DNA from: Selaginella moellendorffii | Taxonomy: Eukaryota; Plantae; Lycopodiophyta | Direction of reading: 5' to 3' | Assembly: GCF_000143415.4 (NCBI RefSeq) | Contig: NW_003314266.1 | Coordinates: 580,463-644,462 of the forward strand | Length of the DNA stretch: 64,000 bases | In this document: positions 50,814-62,222 of the stretch, one piece after another | Position numbering within the stretch: the stretch's first letter is position 1 | How the letters are laid out: every line of letters begins with the position of its first letter | Made by a program: the position numbers and the translations under genes | The notes under the pieces: model-generated | The model's database searches: none | The model's input: the letters and a program-made list of their open reading frames with translations, nothing else | What the model was told of the DNA's origin: nothing

Positions 50814-51138
50814 TATTGTGTGAAGTCAATAGAAGACTCGTTGACTTACTAAAACCAGTCAACCGTAAGCTGACCAGTGGTCCTCTTTTTGCATGGTGGT
50901 CTGGGTTGAACTGACAAATTCATATACAGAAGCTTGCTTTTATTTCTCCAATCTCCATCGTAACCCCAGATCGCCTCCAAAATAAGTCACAATGTCACTA
51001 GTCCTCGTTGTCAAGTAATTCGCTAGGTTGACATGGTTTCAATCTCTCCACTTTGATCCTGAGCCGTGTCAAATGCTAAGCAGCAACCTGGCCAGTGGTT
51101 TCAACGAGTCATGAAAAGAGTTGCAAAACAAACTTACC

Positions 51139-51695
51139 CGACAACCGGTCAGTGCAGATAATTCGTGATTGCCAGAGAAATCGGGCCACTGAGGATCACA
51201 TGAAGTATCTGTGACAAAGAACTCCCCCTGAGTACCATCCTCCAGGCATATATCCGGCCTCGTGAAGTAGGATGCATTCACCATTGCAGCAGTGGCTTTG
51301 CATGTAGCTTCTCAATCTTTAACTATATTGTAAAGCTGAGAAGAATACTTTCGCATGCCGGGCTGGTCTTCGTTGAATGCTCCCCAGAAAGCGTCTCAAG
51401 TTGTATCTCCCCCATACTCACTAAAGGCACAGTTTGTTGGCTGACTAAAATGGACACCTGAGATTTTAGCTGGAGCATCCTCCCAGCTTGGTCCAATGCA
51501 TTCATCACGCACAAAGTCTCCCCAGTGACGATCACAGTTTGTTGGGTTATGAAAATAGACTTTTGCTGCATAGAAAGAGGAAATAGCAAATTCCACGCAA
51601 AACTCTTCAACATCGTTGGAAGCTGGGAGGATGCCTGTTGGCACACTCCACCCATCATTGACAAATTCTCCCCAATGCACACCACACTTGCCAGC
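51139..51695 (-). pseudogene. Pseudogene of a Cys/Trp-repeat protein (CxxHWGxF..D repeats)
   Basis: One frame with two in-frame TGA (51396-51398, 51312-51314); repeats CGVHWGEF, CDRHWGDF, *DAFWGAF, CDPQWPDF and F..P..C; bounded by splice-like sites. Confidence 0.65.
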
Positions 51696-52836
51696 TTAGA
51701 AAAAAACCAAAAGAACATAATGAGCATCGTGGATATTGAGAAAGAGAGAAGAGGTGATTTTTGAACGGATTTGTCACCACATGTTTGTGATATTTTTAAA
51801 TTTATGGATGACTGACTTACATTTGTGAGTTCATAGCTTTAACCTTCATGAATTCATTTTTCATATCAAGACATAACTCATTTTATAACACATCAATGAT
51901 CAATAAAATTTTAATGCAACTCAGAAAAAAGGAAACAATATCAACCTAATTTTACATGAACTATTAATGATAATTTCAAGAGGATGCAAAGCACAGCTAA
52001 AGTAGTACATAGTCCTATGGTATTGACTTTGTGAGTTGAGTGTTTACTAGGCAAGTGTTTATAAGTGTTTTTAAGAAGTTTAGACTTGTCTCCTAAGAGT
52101 GTGATAGACCGAGAGTTTTGCAGGCGTCTTGTGAGGATTCCAGGCGAAGAGCCTGTCGTCCTGTGAGTGTGCAGTGAATTCCCTTATGTGGCATCTGGAG
52201 GTTTCTTGCTCCTCAACGCTTTTGCAGTGTTCAAAACGTCCAAGGCTTTCCTGGCTAAAAGCCTCACCGGCATTTACAGCGAGCTTACCTCTGCATTTTG
52301 GTGGCTGCATGCGGGCAAACTTAATGCACATTGCCTAGTCGTGGCCTTGGCCAACACTTCTGCATTGCAAGACTGGAGATACGTGGAATAGTCACAACAA
52401 GTTCGATCGTTCCACCCTTATAGGGGCACACAGCACTGCCCAGGTTGCTGCTTAGCATTCGGATGGGACCATGGGAACAATTGTTTCTACATGGCACATG
52501 CTCAACCATTTCATAGTGAGCATGCCAGGATACAACATTTCGCTGGAGCTTGCCCCGTTGGAGCGTATGCCAAAACAGGGCATCTGGATGAGGAAAATCT
52601 GGTAGATGGGATGTTACGTGTCTTGGCTACGATGGTCAACCTCTTATCGGAAAGAGGTCTTGTCAGTGAATCAAATGTACTCGATTATATGTATATCAAA
52701 TGCCCCTCTGGGACATGGCGCCCACTAAATCTCCTAATCTCTGTTCTTGTGGCATCGCAATGGTCACGCTTACGTTCCGTGAAGACAATGTAATCGCGAA
52801 GACAACATCGAGCAAAAACATTACAATAGCACGTCA

Positions 52837-52907
52837 TGCGCAGCCGGGGAATCGAACCCCGGTCAGTACCGTGGGAGGGTACTATGATACCACTACACCA
52901 GCTGCGC
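52837..52907 (-). tRNA. trnG-CCC: tRNA-Gly (anticodon CCC)
   Basis: Acceptor GCGCAGC/GCTGCGC, anticodon arm GTACC-CTCCCAC-GGTAC, T loop TTCGATT; T5 run ~20 nt downstream. Confidence 0.96.
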
Positions 52908-54125
52908 CTTGACATTAACAAGACTTTTGCTCAATCCACATGGCAGTCTTCCACGAAGCGAGCTGGATTTTTTGCCAACACTCGGATAGCGTGCTGGTCG
53001 CTTGATGATTTCGTCAGGAGAGAATTCAAGGTGTGTCCAATTTGGAAGCACGTCTCAAAGAGAGAGAGACATCACTGGATTCACCCTCGGCAAGATTTCC
53101 AACGCTTGGCGTCTAGTCATTGATCCACAAAGATATATATATACTTGCAAAATCAAGAAGTGATTCGTGAGTGAGACGGGTGATAAGATCACTTGATCTT
53201 TCGACCACGGATTTGCCTCATCCGAACGTGGCGTTGCCTCGTTCCACCACGGCCTGCCTCCTGCCGTGGGGTGATCCAGATCTGGAGGTACTATGTTGTA
53301 TAGATAACGAGAGGTTTTGAATTTGCAAACATGCAAGACCTAATCAGATTAAGATGTATAGGCAAAGTGCCAGCGCTCTATGATCTGGAAAACTTTTGAG
53401 AACTGGTCCCAGAGACAAAGAAAGAGGATTGGCATGACAAGTATTTCAGTTGCTCACCAACTCTATCTGTAAGCTTCACTCACCCAACCTAAACTCCAAT
53501 TAATCCCCCCAAATCACATACTGTAGACAGGGAAACTGGCATCACAGACACAAGCCAAGTATGCAATGCCAGATTCATTGCCAAAGCCTCCAGCTGCTTC
53601 TAGTAGGCACTTCTCGTGGGTGGCAGCAACAAAGTGGATCTGACACCTTCTCTCTCCCATTTTTCCTTTAAAAAAATGCCATTGTCACTCACCAGCAGTT
53701 TACAAGCGACAAAATCGTTCCTTAGTGCCCTGTTCTTGTGATATCAATGCGCGCCTGGGTGGGGACCTCTTTCCTCATCGCTGAAAGAAAAAATCCGTCC
53801 GGGACGGTTTGCGATGGACAAGTGTGGATGGCTTCTTGTGCCGTCTTTGCAAGCTCTCGCATAAATCAAAGTTTTTCTATGATGTTAGAGAGCTCTATGG
53901 TGACTATCAAACGATAATCTTATCTTATCTATACATAATTTGATCATGGTGGAAGAAGTCGCCATTCACAAAGACGGGTGAAAAGAGCATGCCAACGTTT
54001 CCCACATTGGCGCGATTCTAGGAGTCAGATGCCTTTAGAATATTCCCCGAGGGGACACGTCGACTGAGCCTTATCCTACGGGCATATACGCATGTTGGGC
54101 AATGTATATTCGCATGTACGGGTCG

Positions 54126-54185
54126 CTGACACGTGTCCAGGGCTCGTCAGCCCTAGACGGTCGGCGGGGTGGGGACCACGTCAGC
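54126..54185 (+). promoter_or_regulatory. G-box/ABRE cluster in the TIP copy 1 promoter
   Basis: GACACGTGTC at 54128-54137 and CCACGTCA at ~54176; TATAA at ~54223. Confidence 0.6.
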
Positions 54186-54345
54186 CGTGGAAAAACCTTG
54201 GCTTAACCCCGCCGTTATCTTTATAACGGAGGAGCTTTAAGCCCCCTTGAAAAAGCTCTCTTTTCTTTCTCCTCTCCCCTCACTCTCTTCTCTCTTTTTT
54301 TCTTCTTTGTTCTTCGTTTTTCTTGGGACTTTTTGATCGAAGATC

Positions 54346-55222
54346 ATGGCTCGTCTCGCAGTCGGAGGTGCCGATGAGTACAGGCAACCAGATGCGATGA
54401 AGGGAGCTCTCGCGGAGTTCATTGGGACGTTCTTGTTCGTCTTCGCTGGTGTTGGATCGGCTATGGCTTTTGGTTCGTTCGCTCACCTCTCGCTCTATCT
54501 TGCTTCTTAAGCTATACCCTTTGATTGATCGGGGAAAAATGCGATGTTTGCAGCCAAGCTGGAAGGACCGATTCTCACACCCGCTGGCCTGGTGCAAATC
54601 GCGCTCGCGCACGGGATCGCCCTCTTCGTCGTCATCGCCGCCACCGCCAACATCTCGGGAGGACACATCAATCCCGCCGTCACGTTTGGCCTCGCGGTTG
54701 GAGGCCACATCACCATCGCCAGGGGAGTCCTCTACTGGATCGCCCAGCTCCTCGGGTCAGTGCTCGCGGCTCTCGTCCTCAAGCTCACCTTCCTCCACGA
54801 GGTAACAAGCTTTAGTCGTCCGTGAGCCACCTTGACTAACTTGACTGCTTTGGAACTTCCAGAGTGTTCCCATTCACGCCGTTGGAGCTCACGAATCTCT
54901 GATCTCCGCCCTGGTGATCGAGATCGTCACCACTTTCGCTCTCATCTTCACGGTCTACGGCACTGCGGTGGATCACAAGCGTGGAGTCGTCGGAACCATC
55001 GCCCCCATCGCGATTGGATTCATCGTGCTCGCCAACATCCTCGCGGCCGGGCCTTTCAGCGGCGGATCCATGAACCCGGCCAGATCCTTTGGCCCAGCTC
55101 TGATTACTTTCAACTGGACGAACCACTGGATCTACTGGGTCGGGCCTCTCATCGGTGGTGGCCTTGCTGGGCTTGTTTACAACGAGATCCTCATCACTCC
55201 ACCACCTCCAGAGGAATACTAG
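54346..55222 (+). CDS. TIP: Tonoplast intrinsic protein (aquaporin) copy 1; exons 54346-54472, 54554-54801, 54863-55222
   Basis: [35 protein letters not shown]; ar/R filter reads H-I-G-R. Confidence 0.95.
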
Positions 55223-55680
55223 AAGCTCTCCGAGCAGCTCGAGATTGGTCGGCACGGCATGGATTGGATCGTTTCTTTGGGTTGATTTGCTCTGTTTGTT
55301 GATACTGTGTTTTCTACTCTGTTTTTCACCTCGATTTTTCCTCTTTTTTTCCCCCTCTTCTTCGTTTTACCCTTTCTTTTCCTGCGCTGTATGATTAGGG
55401 ATTACAGTCGGAGCAAAGAGATCGTCGAGATTCCGCACATTGGAAATAAACCCAAGAAGCAATCGATGTCAATGCAAGTAGTTCTTTTCTCAATTGTGCT
55501 GTGCTCGTTGTTTCCCGCCAGAGTGTTATTTAAAAAAACGTCCTAGCCCTAATGCACGAACACTATGACAAAAGTGACAAACACGTCCTGCTAGTTGTAC
55601 ACTGTGGATCTTGACTCTGGGGAAGATGATGGTTTATCGACCGGTTGTGGCAGCGAGCGAGGAAAATAAAACGATGGCAA

Positions 55681-55720
55681 GGAAAAAAATGTGCTGGCGA
55701 GGAAAAAAATGTGCTGGCGA
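55681..55720 (+). repeat. 20-nt perfect tandem duplication
   Basis: ggaaaaaaatgtgctggcga twice. Confidence 0.9.
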
Positions 55721-55931
55721 TGGAGATAATGGCCAGTCTTATCGCCTGTGGTGCTGTGATGAGAGACAGCTGTGGGACTCAGCAGTGATCCACGATCGTT
55801 ATCACAATTTTCGCTCGAGATCGTGGTCATCATAATGGTTTGTTTGGGAATTGGTACTTCCAACTCTTTTGCAAAATCATTGAAAACCAAGAACACGAAA
55901 GAAGATTCAGGGGAGGGGGAGAAATTCCTTC

Positions 55932-56818
55932 CTAGTATTCCTCTGGAGGTGGTGGAGTGATGAGGATCTCGTTGTAAACAAGCCCTGCAAGGCCACCACC
56001 AATGAGAGGCCCGACCCAGTAGATCCAGTGGTTCGTCCAGTCGAAGGTAACTAGAGCTGGGCCAAAGGATCTGGCCGGGTTCATGGATCCGCCACTGAAA
56101 GGCCCGGCCGCGAGGATGTTGGCGAGAACGATGAATCCAATCGCGATGGGGGCGATGGTTCCGACCACTCCACGCTTGTGATCCACCGCGGTGCCGTAGA
56201 CCGTGAAGATAAGAGCGAAAGTGGTGACGATCTCGATCACCAGGGCGGAGATCACAGATTCGTGGGCTCCAACGGCGTGAATAGGAACAGCCTAGATGTT
56301 CCAAAGCGAGAGAGTTTCCATGGGATCACAAGGATCAAAGTTAGTCCAAGCCAGTCAAGCGAGCGCGGCGACTAGAAGAGCTTACCTCGTGGAGGAAGGT
56401 GAACTTGAGGACGAGAGCCGCGAGCACTGACCCGAGGAGCTGGGCGATCCAGTAGAGGACTCCCCTGGCGATTGTGATGTGGCCTCCAACCGCGAGGCCA
56501 AACGTGACCGCGGGATTGATGTGTCCTCCCGAGATGTTGGCGGTGGCGGCGATGACGACGAAGAGGGCGATCCCGTGCGCGAGCGCGATTTGCACCAGGC
56601 CAGCGGGTGTGAGAATCGGTCCTCCCAGCTTGGCTGCAAGACAAGACGAAGTTTTGGTAAGTTCTCCTGCGAGAATCTAGCAGCTACACACCGAAAGCCA
56701 TAGCCGATCCAACGCCCGCGAAGACGAACAAGAACATCCCGATGAATTCAGCGAGCGCGGCTTTCATTGCGTCGGGTTGCCTGTATTCGTCTGCCCCTCC
56801 CACCGTGAGACGAGCCAT
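55932..56818 (-). CDS. TIP: Tonoplast intrinsic protein (aquaporin) copy 2, inverted and convergent with copy 1; three exons
   Basis: Near-identical protein, both NPA motifs, same intron positions. Confidence 0.95.
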
Positions 56819-56942
56819 TTCGGATCGATCGAGCGATGAAAGAAAAAACAAAGGAAGAAAAACGAAGAACCAGAAAGAGAGATTGGCTTGGCCTCACAGA
56901 GATGGAAGATTTTTAAGGCCGGACTCATTCGTTGCTACCGGG

Positions 56943-57037
56943 TGACGTGGAGCCCACTGGCACCGCCCTAGCGCCACCCTGGGCCCCGCCACGTCAGCTG
57001 GACCAGCCTGCTGACTCACCGCCTGGACACGTGTCAG
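56943..57037 (-). promoter_or_regulatory. G-box/ABRE cluster in the TIP copy 2 promoter
   Basis: GACACGTGTC at 57026-57035 plus two CCACGTCA sites. Confidence 0.6.
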
Positions 57038-57471
57038 GCGCGAAGAGTTCGTAAACAGTCTCGTGTATAGTTTGCATTTGCGTTTGTGTTTGAGGAGGGC
57101 ACACGATGCGCTCGTCCGTGCGATTTGCTCTGCAAAAGAATCGAACACTTGTCGCTACCACCTTTGGGGGTTTGTTTGATCGATCAATCAATCAATCCAC
57201 GACTTGATAAGGATGTTATATGAAATCAGGAAGGCTTTTTATCCTACATAAACAAGATGCCCCTTGAAGGCATTACGCTAAGGTTGTAGAATTATATAGA
57301 CAGAACGGGCAAGCCTTTCTTTCTCACTTTATTTGATCTCAACCAGTTGGTAAGCAACTTAGAACTTGACTAGCAACAAGGATTTCATCGGAGTACATTG
57401 AAAACCATGAGAGGACCCTCTTTGATACGACAAGCTACAAACAAAAATAAAAGATTTAGAGAATACCTAGG

Positions 57472-57537
57472 TCTGGAGCATTAACAGCCGGGCAGAAAGT
57501 CACAGTGCTTTTTCTGCCCGGCTGTTAATGCTCCAGA
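57472..57537. repeat. Perfect 27-bp inverted repeat with 12-nt spacer
   Basis: tctggagcattaacagccgggcagaaa (57472-57498) and its exact reverse complement (57511-57537). Confidence 0.97.
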
Positions 57538-57619
57538 GTGCCGGCTTTTCCGTGACACCAAAGCACAACAAAAGCACAAATTAGTTAACAGTGAGTCATG
57601 CTTTACTTATAAGGGGTTG

Positions 57620-58590
57620 CCCAACCAATCAGAATTTTTTGTTTTTTTAAACCAGCTTTTCTTCTTGCATCTTTTTCTACCTTGTCTTTTTTAGTTTTCT
57701 CCTTGGCCTCAATGTGAGCAATGTATTCTAGATTAGTGAGTGAAGTTTCATAGGGAATAGAGATGAACCTCTACTTCTCTCTTGTTTGTGGTTGGTTTTA
57801 AGTTTGAGTGGAGAATGGCATTGTGAGTTGAGCTATAAATTCTTCCATTGTTGGCTCATGAGCTTCTTCCATTCTATAGTTTACATTTACAGCAATTGTA
57901 GCACTTAAATCATTATCATTGTTATCATCTGCACTTATATCAAATATAAGTCTTTTCATCTTCATCTTTTTAAAGTTTTTTACTTGTGCCTTCTAAAGCT
58001 ACAGCCACGTGAAATTTGGATCCATAGTTGCACAATCGAAAAGCTAGAGTCCAGTTTTCTTAAAGCTAGCAATGATGTTTGCAAGAGTTAGAGCTTTGTC
58101 CAAGTGCTCTTCTCACCATTCCTGTTAAGATCTTTGTTGGAGTGTGTCTATGAAATTTTGCCTCCATGTACTCAGCATGGATGGCTTTGAATGTTATCTT
58201 GAAATGTTTGAAACAATATACATTAAGAGGTTGCATGTAATATGAAGTATGAGGTGGCATTATGACGATATCAATTCCTAACTCGAATGCTTTCTTTAAA
58301 GTAGCAAGAGCCATGACCATCCATCACAATGCAAGCTCGATTTGTTAAAGAGATGCCACTTGGGATGACTTTTGCAAAGTGTTCAAGGAAGTAGGTAAGC
58401 CCATTATTGCTCATCCATGCATTGGCTTGTACTTACATAGATGCTCCAAGCTCACACAAGTCCAACTAGCTTGTTGCTCAATTATGCTCTTAAAATATGT
58501 AGTGATTTAGAAGTTTTTGGCCATTCGTAGCAACAGCACAAATGATTATTATCCTTTGATGTTCATTTGGAATGACACTAAAAATTGTAC
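57620..58590 (-). mobile_element. pogo/Fot1-like (DDE_1, Tc1-mariner superfamily) transposase remnant
   Basis: ICAVATNG..YIF, ANAWMS..YFLEHF, CIVMDGHGS, MPPHTSYYMQPLNVYCFKHFK; frameshifts and stops. Confidence 0.85.
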
Positions 58591-58619
58591 AAGCTTGTTT
58601 ATATAAGTAACCAAAGGGA

Positions 58620-59050
58620 ATGACTTGAATATAAAAAAAAAGGGCTCATAAATAATAATGCACCATTTTTTCCAATCAATTAAAGGTCTTGGGATATTTG
58701 GGGTTAAGCATTATTGAGTTTAAGTAACTTGCTTGTAAGAGAATGACTCGAGAAACAATATGTTAAGGTTTAAATATAAAAGAAAAAGGGTTTATAAATA
58801 AAAATACACCCCCTTTTTCAATCAGTTAAAAGTTTTAAGATATTTAAACAATTTTGAGTTTAAGTAATACTAAACTCCTAAGAAGTCCAAATTTAAAACT
58901 TGAGAGATGATCCGTTAAGGTTTAAATATAAAGGGAAAAGGCCATGAATAATAATGCACTTCCTTTTCCAATTAATTAAGGGTTTTGGAATATTTGGGGT
59001 ATTGAGTTTGAGTAATATTATTCCAAAAAGTTCAAATTTAAAAGATTGCA
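58620..59050 (+). repeat. Three diverged ~150-bp tandem units next to the DDE remnant
   Basis: aatataaa..aaagg..aataa..cac..ttttcaat..ttaa..atattt..ttgagttt.agtaa repeated at ~58628, ~58770, ~58920. Confidence 0.75.
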
Positions 59051-59608
59051 ACTTCTTGAATACCATATAACAGCCTTACTAGATCAAGTGTAAAATAAGG
59101 ATTTTATTTAGGGTGATTTTAGTTAATTTTTGTTTCTTCTATAAATCTTTGTTGGGTTTTGTTAAGTACACCAAGAAACATTTAAGGGTTTCTAGCTCAT
59201 TCAATTAAGGTTTGAAGTGATCTAAACTCTAGAACTATAAAAACAATTGAATGTGACTAATAAAATTGGTTGGTGCCACATCAAATTGTTGGATGCCCGA
59301 TTGGATTACACTCTATGGCATTTGTAAAAACTTGATATTAATCAAGACTACAGTTCTCATCTTAGTTTTTTTATTTGTCTTCCAGTAGTTGTAATATTAC
59401 CTTTTTGTCACAATTTTGCAAAAAGTTTAATTCTTATGATTCTAATATTGCATATAATTCCAATATTTTTAAAAATTGGTACCTGGCTCTATTTCCACAT
59501 AGTCATAGATCTAATCAATGTTTTGTGCTTAATTGCAAGGTTTACAATATTGTTCTATGTTTAAGATTTTATTATACTCTTTGGTTCGCTTAAGCAAAAC
59601 TTGTAGGT

Positions 59609-59890
59609 ATATCTCAAATATACTTAGATATTCTAGGATATTCTACCATCTAACAGTTTTTATTTATTTAGATTAATCTTGTATTTAAAATTTATAAATT
59701 TTCGTAAACACTTTCTAGTATATTCTTATTTATTTTATGGTTGATATGCAATAATATTAATATTTATTTATAAATTATAAACATGTTTATAATTATCAAT
59801 TAATTGAATTATTCAAAAATACTAAATAAGAATGACACTACTATTAAGCAAACCAAGTGTTACTGTATGCAACACATAACAAATTATTTT
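59609..59890 (+). repeat. Dispersed AT-rich repeat, copy B (copy A at ~28361-28610)
   Basis: Same shared blocks as copy A. Confidence 0.75.
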
Positions 59891-61399
59891 TCTAACTTTT
59901 GTGGTTGCATATATGTAATTAGTGTTTAATGCTAATATTTTCAATTAATATAACTCTATTTAAGCTAAATACACCAAGAATACACCTATATTGTCTCATA
60001 AACAATGTCAGATTAGCATCCAAACCCACATCATATTAACATGAAAAGTATTTTTCTTAAATAAAAACTTCTTTAGAGATTGAGTTGGAGTTTCATTGTA
60101 TTTTATCTTATAAGTTACTTTCTGTTTGTGTTTGAACAAATTTAATTAATATGAATTCTTAATTAAAACCAATAATATAAATTTCTAATAGATTTGTTAT
60201 TTAATTTATTTACATTATTTAATCATGTTCAATTGTGTTATATATATAATAGCTTTTGGTAGTTTTTATACATGTAAATATGTTAAGAACTTTACTTACA
60301 ATATCCCAAGGTACATCTGTGATATTTAATTAACAAGAATTGTTTTGATCTATATTTAGTTTTTTATTATAGGTTTAAATGTAAATATTTAATATTCTAG
60401 AAAAATTATTTGTTTAAATTTAATTTGAGTTTTTATTAGCTAGAGAAATACTATTTTCTATATAGATGTAAATATACCTAGGATATTCTTAAATATTTTA
60501 GAATTTCTAATTATTTAACTTCGCATTAACATAAGAGACAACAATATCATAGCTGAACTATCTATTATATGTTTTCATTGGGGAGTCTGGTCATGGGAAG
60601 AAGAGGCATAACATGGTGTTTACAATCCAAGAACTTTTCAATTCTTCTCTAGTTTTCTTCATGTAAACTTCTTAAATTGATCAACATATGGTTTAAAATT
60701 TAGAAAATTCTCAGCAACAATCCCTTTTATAGACAAATTTGGAGCTGAAAATGGTGAATTATATCTTGATTAGGTCGTGATAGATATAACGTTGTGCGGT
60801 TTGTCCTAGGGCGCGAACGAGAAAACGAGTGTTAAGTGTGGGAGAGCAAGGAGAAGCGCGAGAAGGCTCGATGCTGGGTGAGTGCCCTCTTTCCTTCCTC
60901 CCCAATTGCCCTCTTTTTCTCCCCTCATGGCTGCGATTTTTTGTTGTGAGGCAGGAAATGAGAACGTCGTTGTTACTCCACGTCGAGTCATGATCGATGA
61001 GCGTGCGACAAGAGCTGTAGAGCACAAGCTCGTTCGGCTTGCCTTGCTCACCGGCGAGGAGGAAAATCAAGAGCTCTACAGCCCAAGTGACTTGATCATC
61101 GGAACAGCTCCCAACGCTGAGGCTTTCTCCAGGTGAGCAACCAAGAATGCTTCTAACCTGGATGCTTCTAATGTCGATGCTTTCAGGTGGGCATCAGGAA
61201 ACAGGAAGTTCCTTTGTGATTTCATCTGAGGAAAGATCATTGCAAGGGAACTTCCGTATGACCCCATGGACAAGCTCAATTAAAAGTGGGAGTTGCTTTT
61301 GATGCATAAGCAGGTGGATTGCTAGTGGTGGTAACAGCTATTAGCTACAAGTTAAATTTCAGGGGGACTTTTACAAGTTCAACGTGATAGTGCAAGTTT

Positions 61400-61962
61400 G
61401 TGGCTAAAGTTCTATTATTCCTTTTGGTATCGCAACTTTGAGTACCTACAGCACTTTTGTCATCAAGATCGCAACATCCCAGACGCCCAAGAATCTTCAT
61501 GAGCAAGCTGCAATCTTCTTTGGACCAAACTATCCTTGCTGCAAGCTCTATATTGGTCTCAAAAGGTTCAGTGAAAGAGCTAATGGAACTATTGGTATGT
61601 TGGCTTCGATCTATGAAAGGCTAGGAGCTGGCGGAGGGGCAGGCAGAGTTGGAGCTGGAGCAGTGGGAGGGGGATCAATGCCCATCTGGCTTGTCTCGTT
61701 TGGGACTTGCCCTTTGGGCTCAAATGCAACCTGGAAAAATTCAGAGATTCTCACAGGGGTTGGATATGGTGGTTTCATTTTGAATGGTCCTAGACTTGCA
61801 TCTTATACTCTGCATTTCCCAGCTTCACAAGTTTTCATGACGTTTGTTCCTACTAGAAGTGGAGCGGTGAGAGTTGCACCAGCTGGTGCACCTGTAAATT
61901 ATGAGTTGGATCTTTACTATATCCAACAAGCTTTTTTATGCCCTTTTGAACCCACGTATTAA
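61400..61962 (+). pseudogene. Probable pseudogene of an unknown small secreted protein
   Basis: 174-codon open frame without an early ATG; out-of-frame signal-peptide-like (V)AKVLLFLLVSQL just upstream; Cys/aromatic-rich, Gly-rich insert. Confidence 0.35.
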
Positions 61963-62222
61963 AATCTATACACCTTGAGTTATAATCTAGCTTCTGATGA
62001 GTAATACGAAAAGAGTTTACCTTAACATGTATTCTATATTAAATGCTGATAATTTGGATCTTTATTTGTTCTCTCTTGGATGTTGTCCAGGTTTTGTGAG
62101 AAGCGACAAAAAGAAAACACATGGGGAGCGAGCGAGTTTTCCACTAATACACAGACGGCTAGCCTGTCAGTGCAGCTCACGCCCATGACAAGGAAGGTAA
62201 ACTGTGTTGGCCAAACCATTCC

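Noticed and set aside
51312-51398. In-frame TGA codons as selenocysteine or programmed read-through
   Set aside because: Land plants lack Sec machinery; each is a single substitution from a Cys or Trp codon, and the repeats also carry deletions
51323-51727. 134-aa ORF with a hydrophobic start as a secreted protein
   Set aside because: The overlapping frame carries the patterned Cys/Trp repeats; the hydrophobic start is an intron pyrimidine tract
52760-52836. tRNA-Gly-snoRNA dicistron
   Set aside because: A T5 terminator follows within ~20 nt and no C/D boxes are evident; the known cases involve Gly-GCC
57472-57537. Rho-independent terminator
   Set aside because: Eukaryotic nuclear context and no U-tract after the stem
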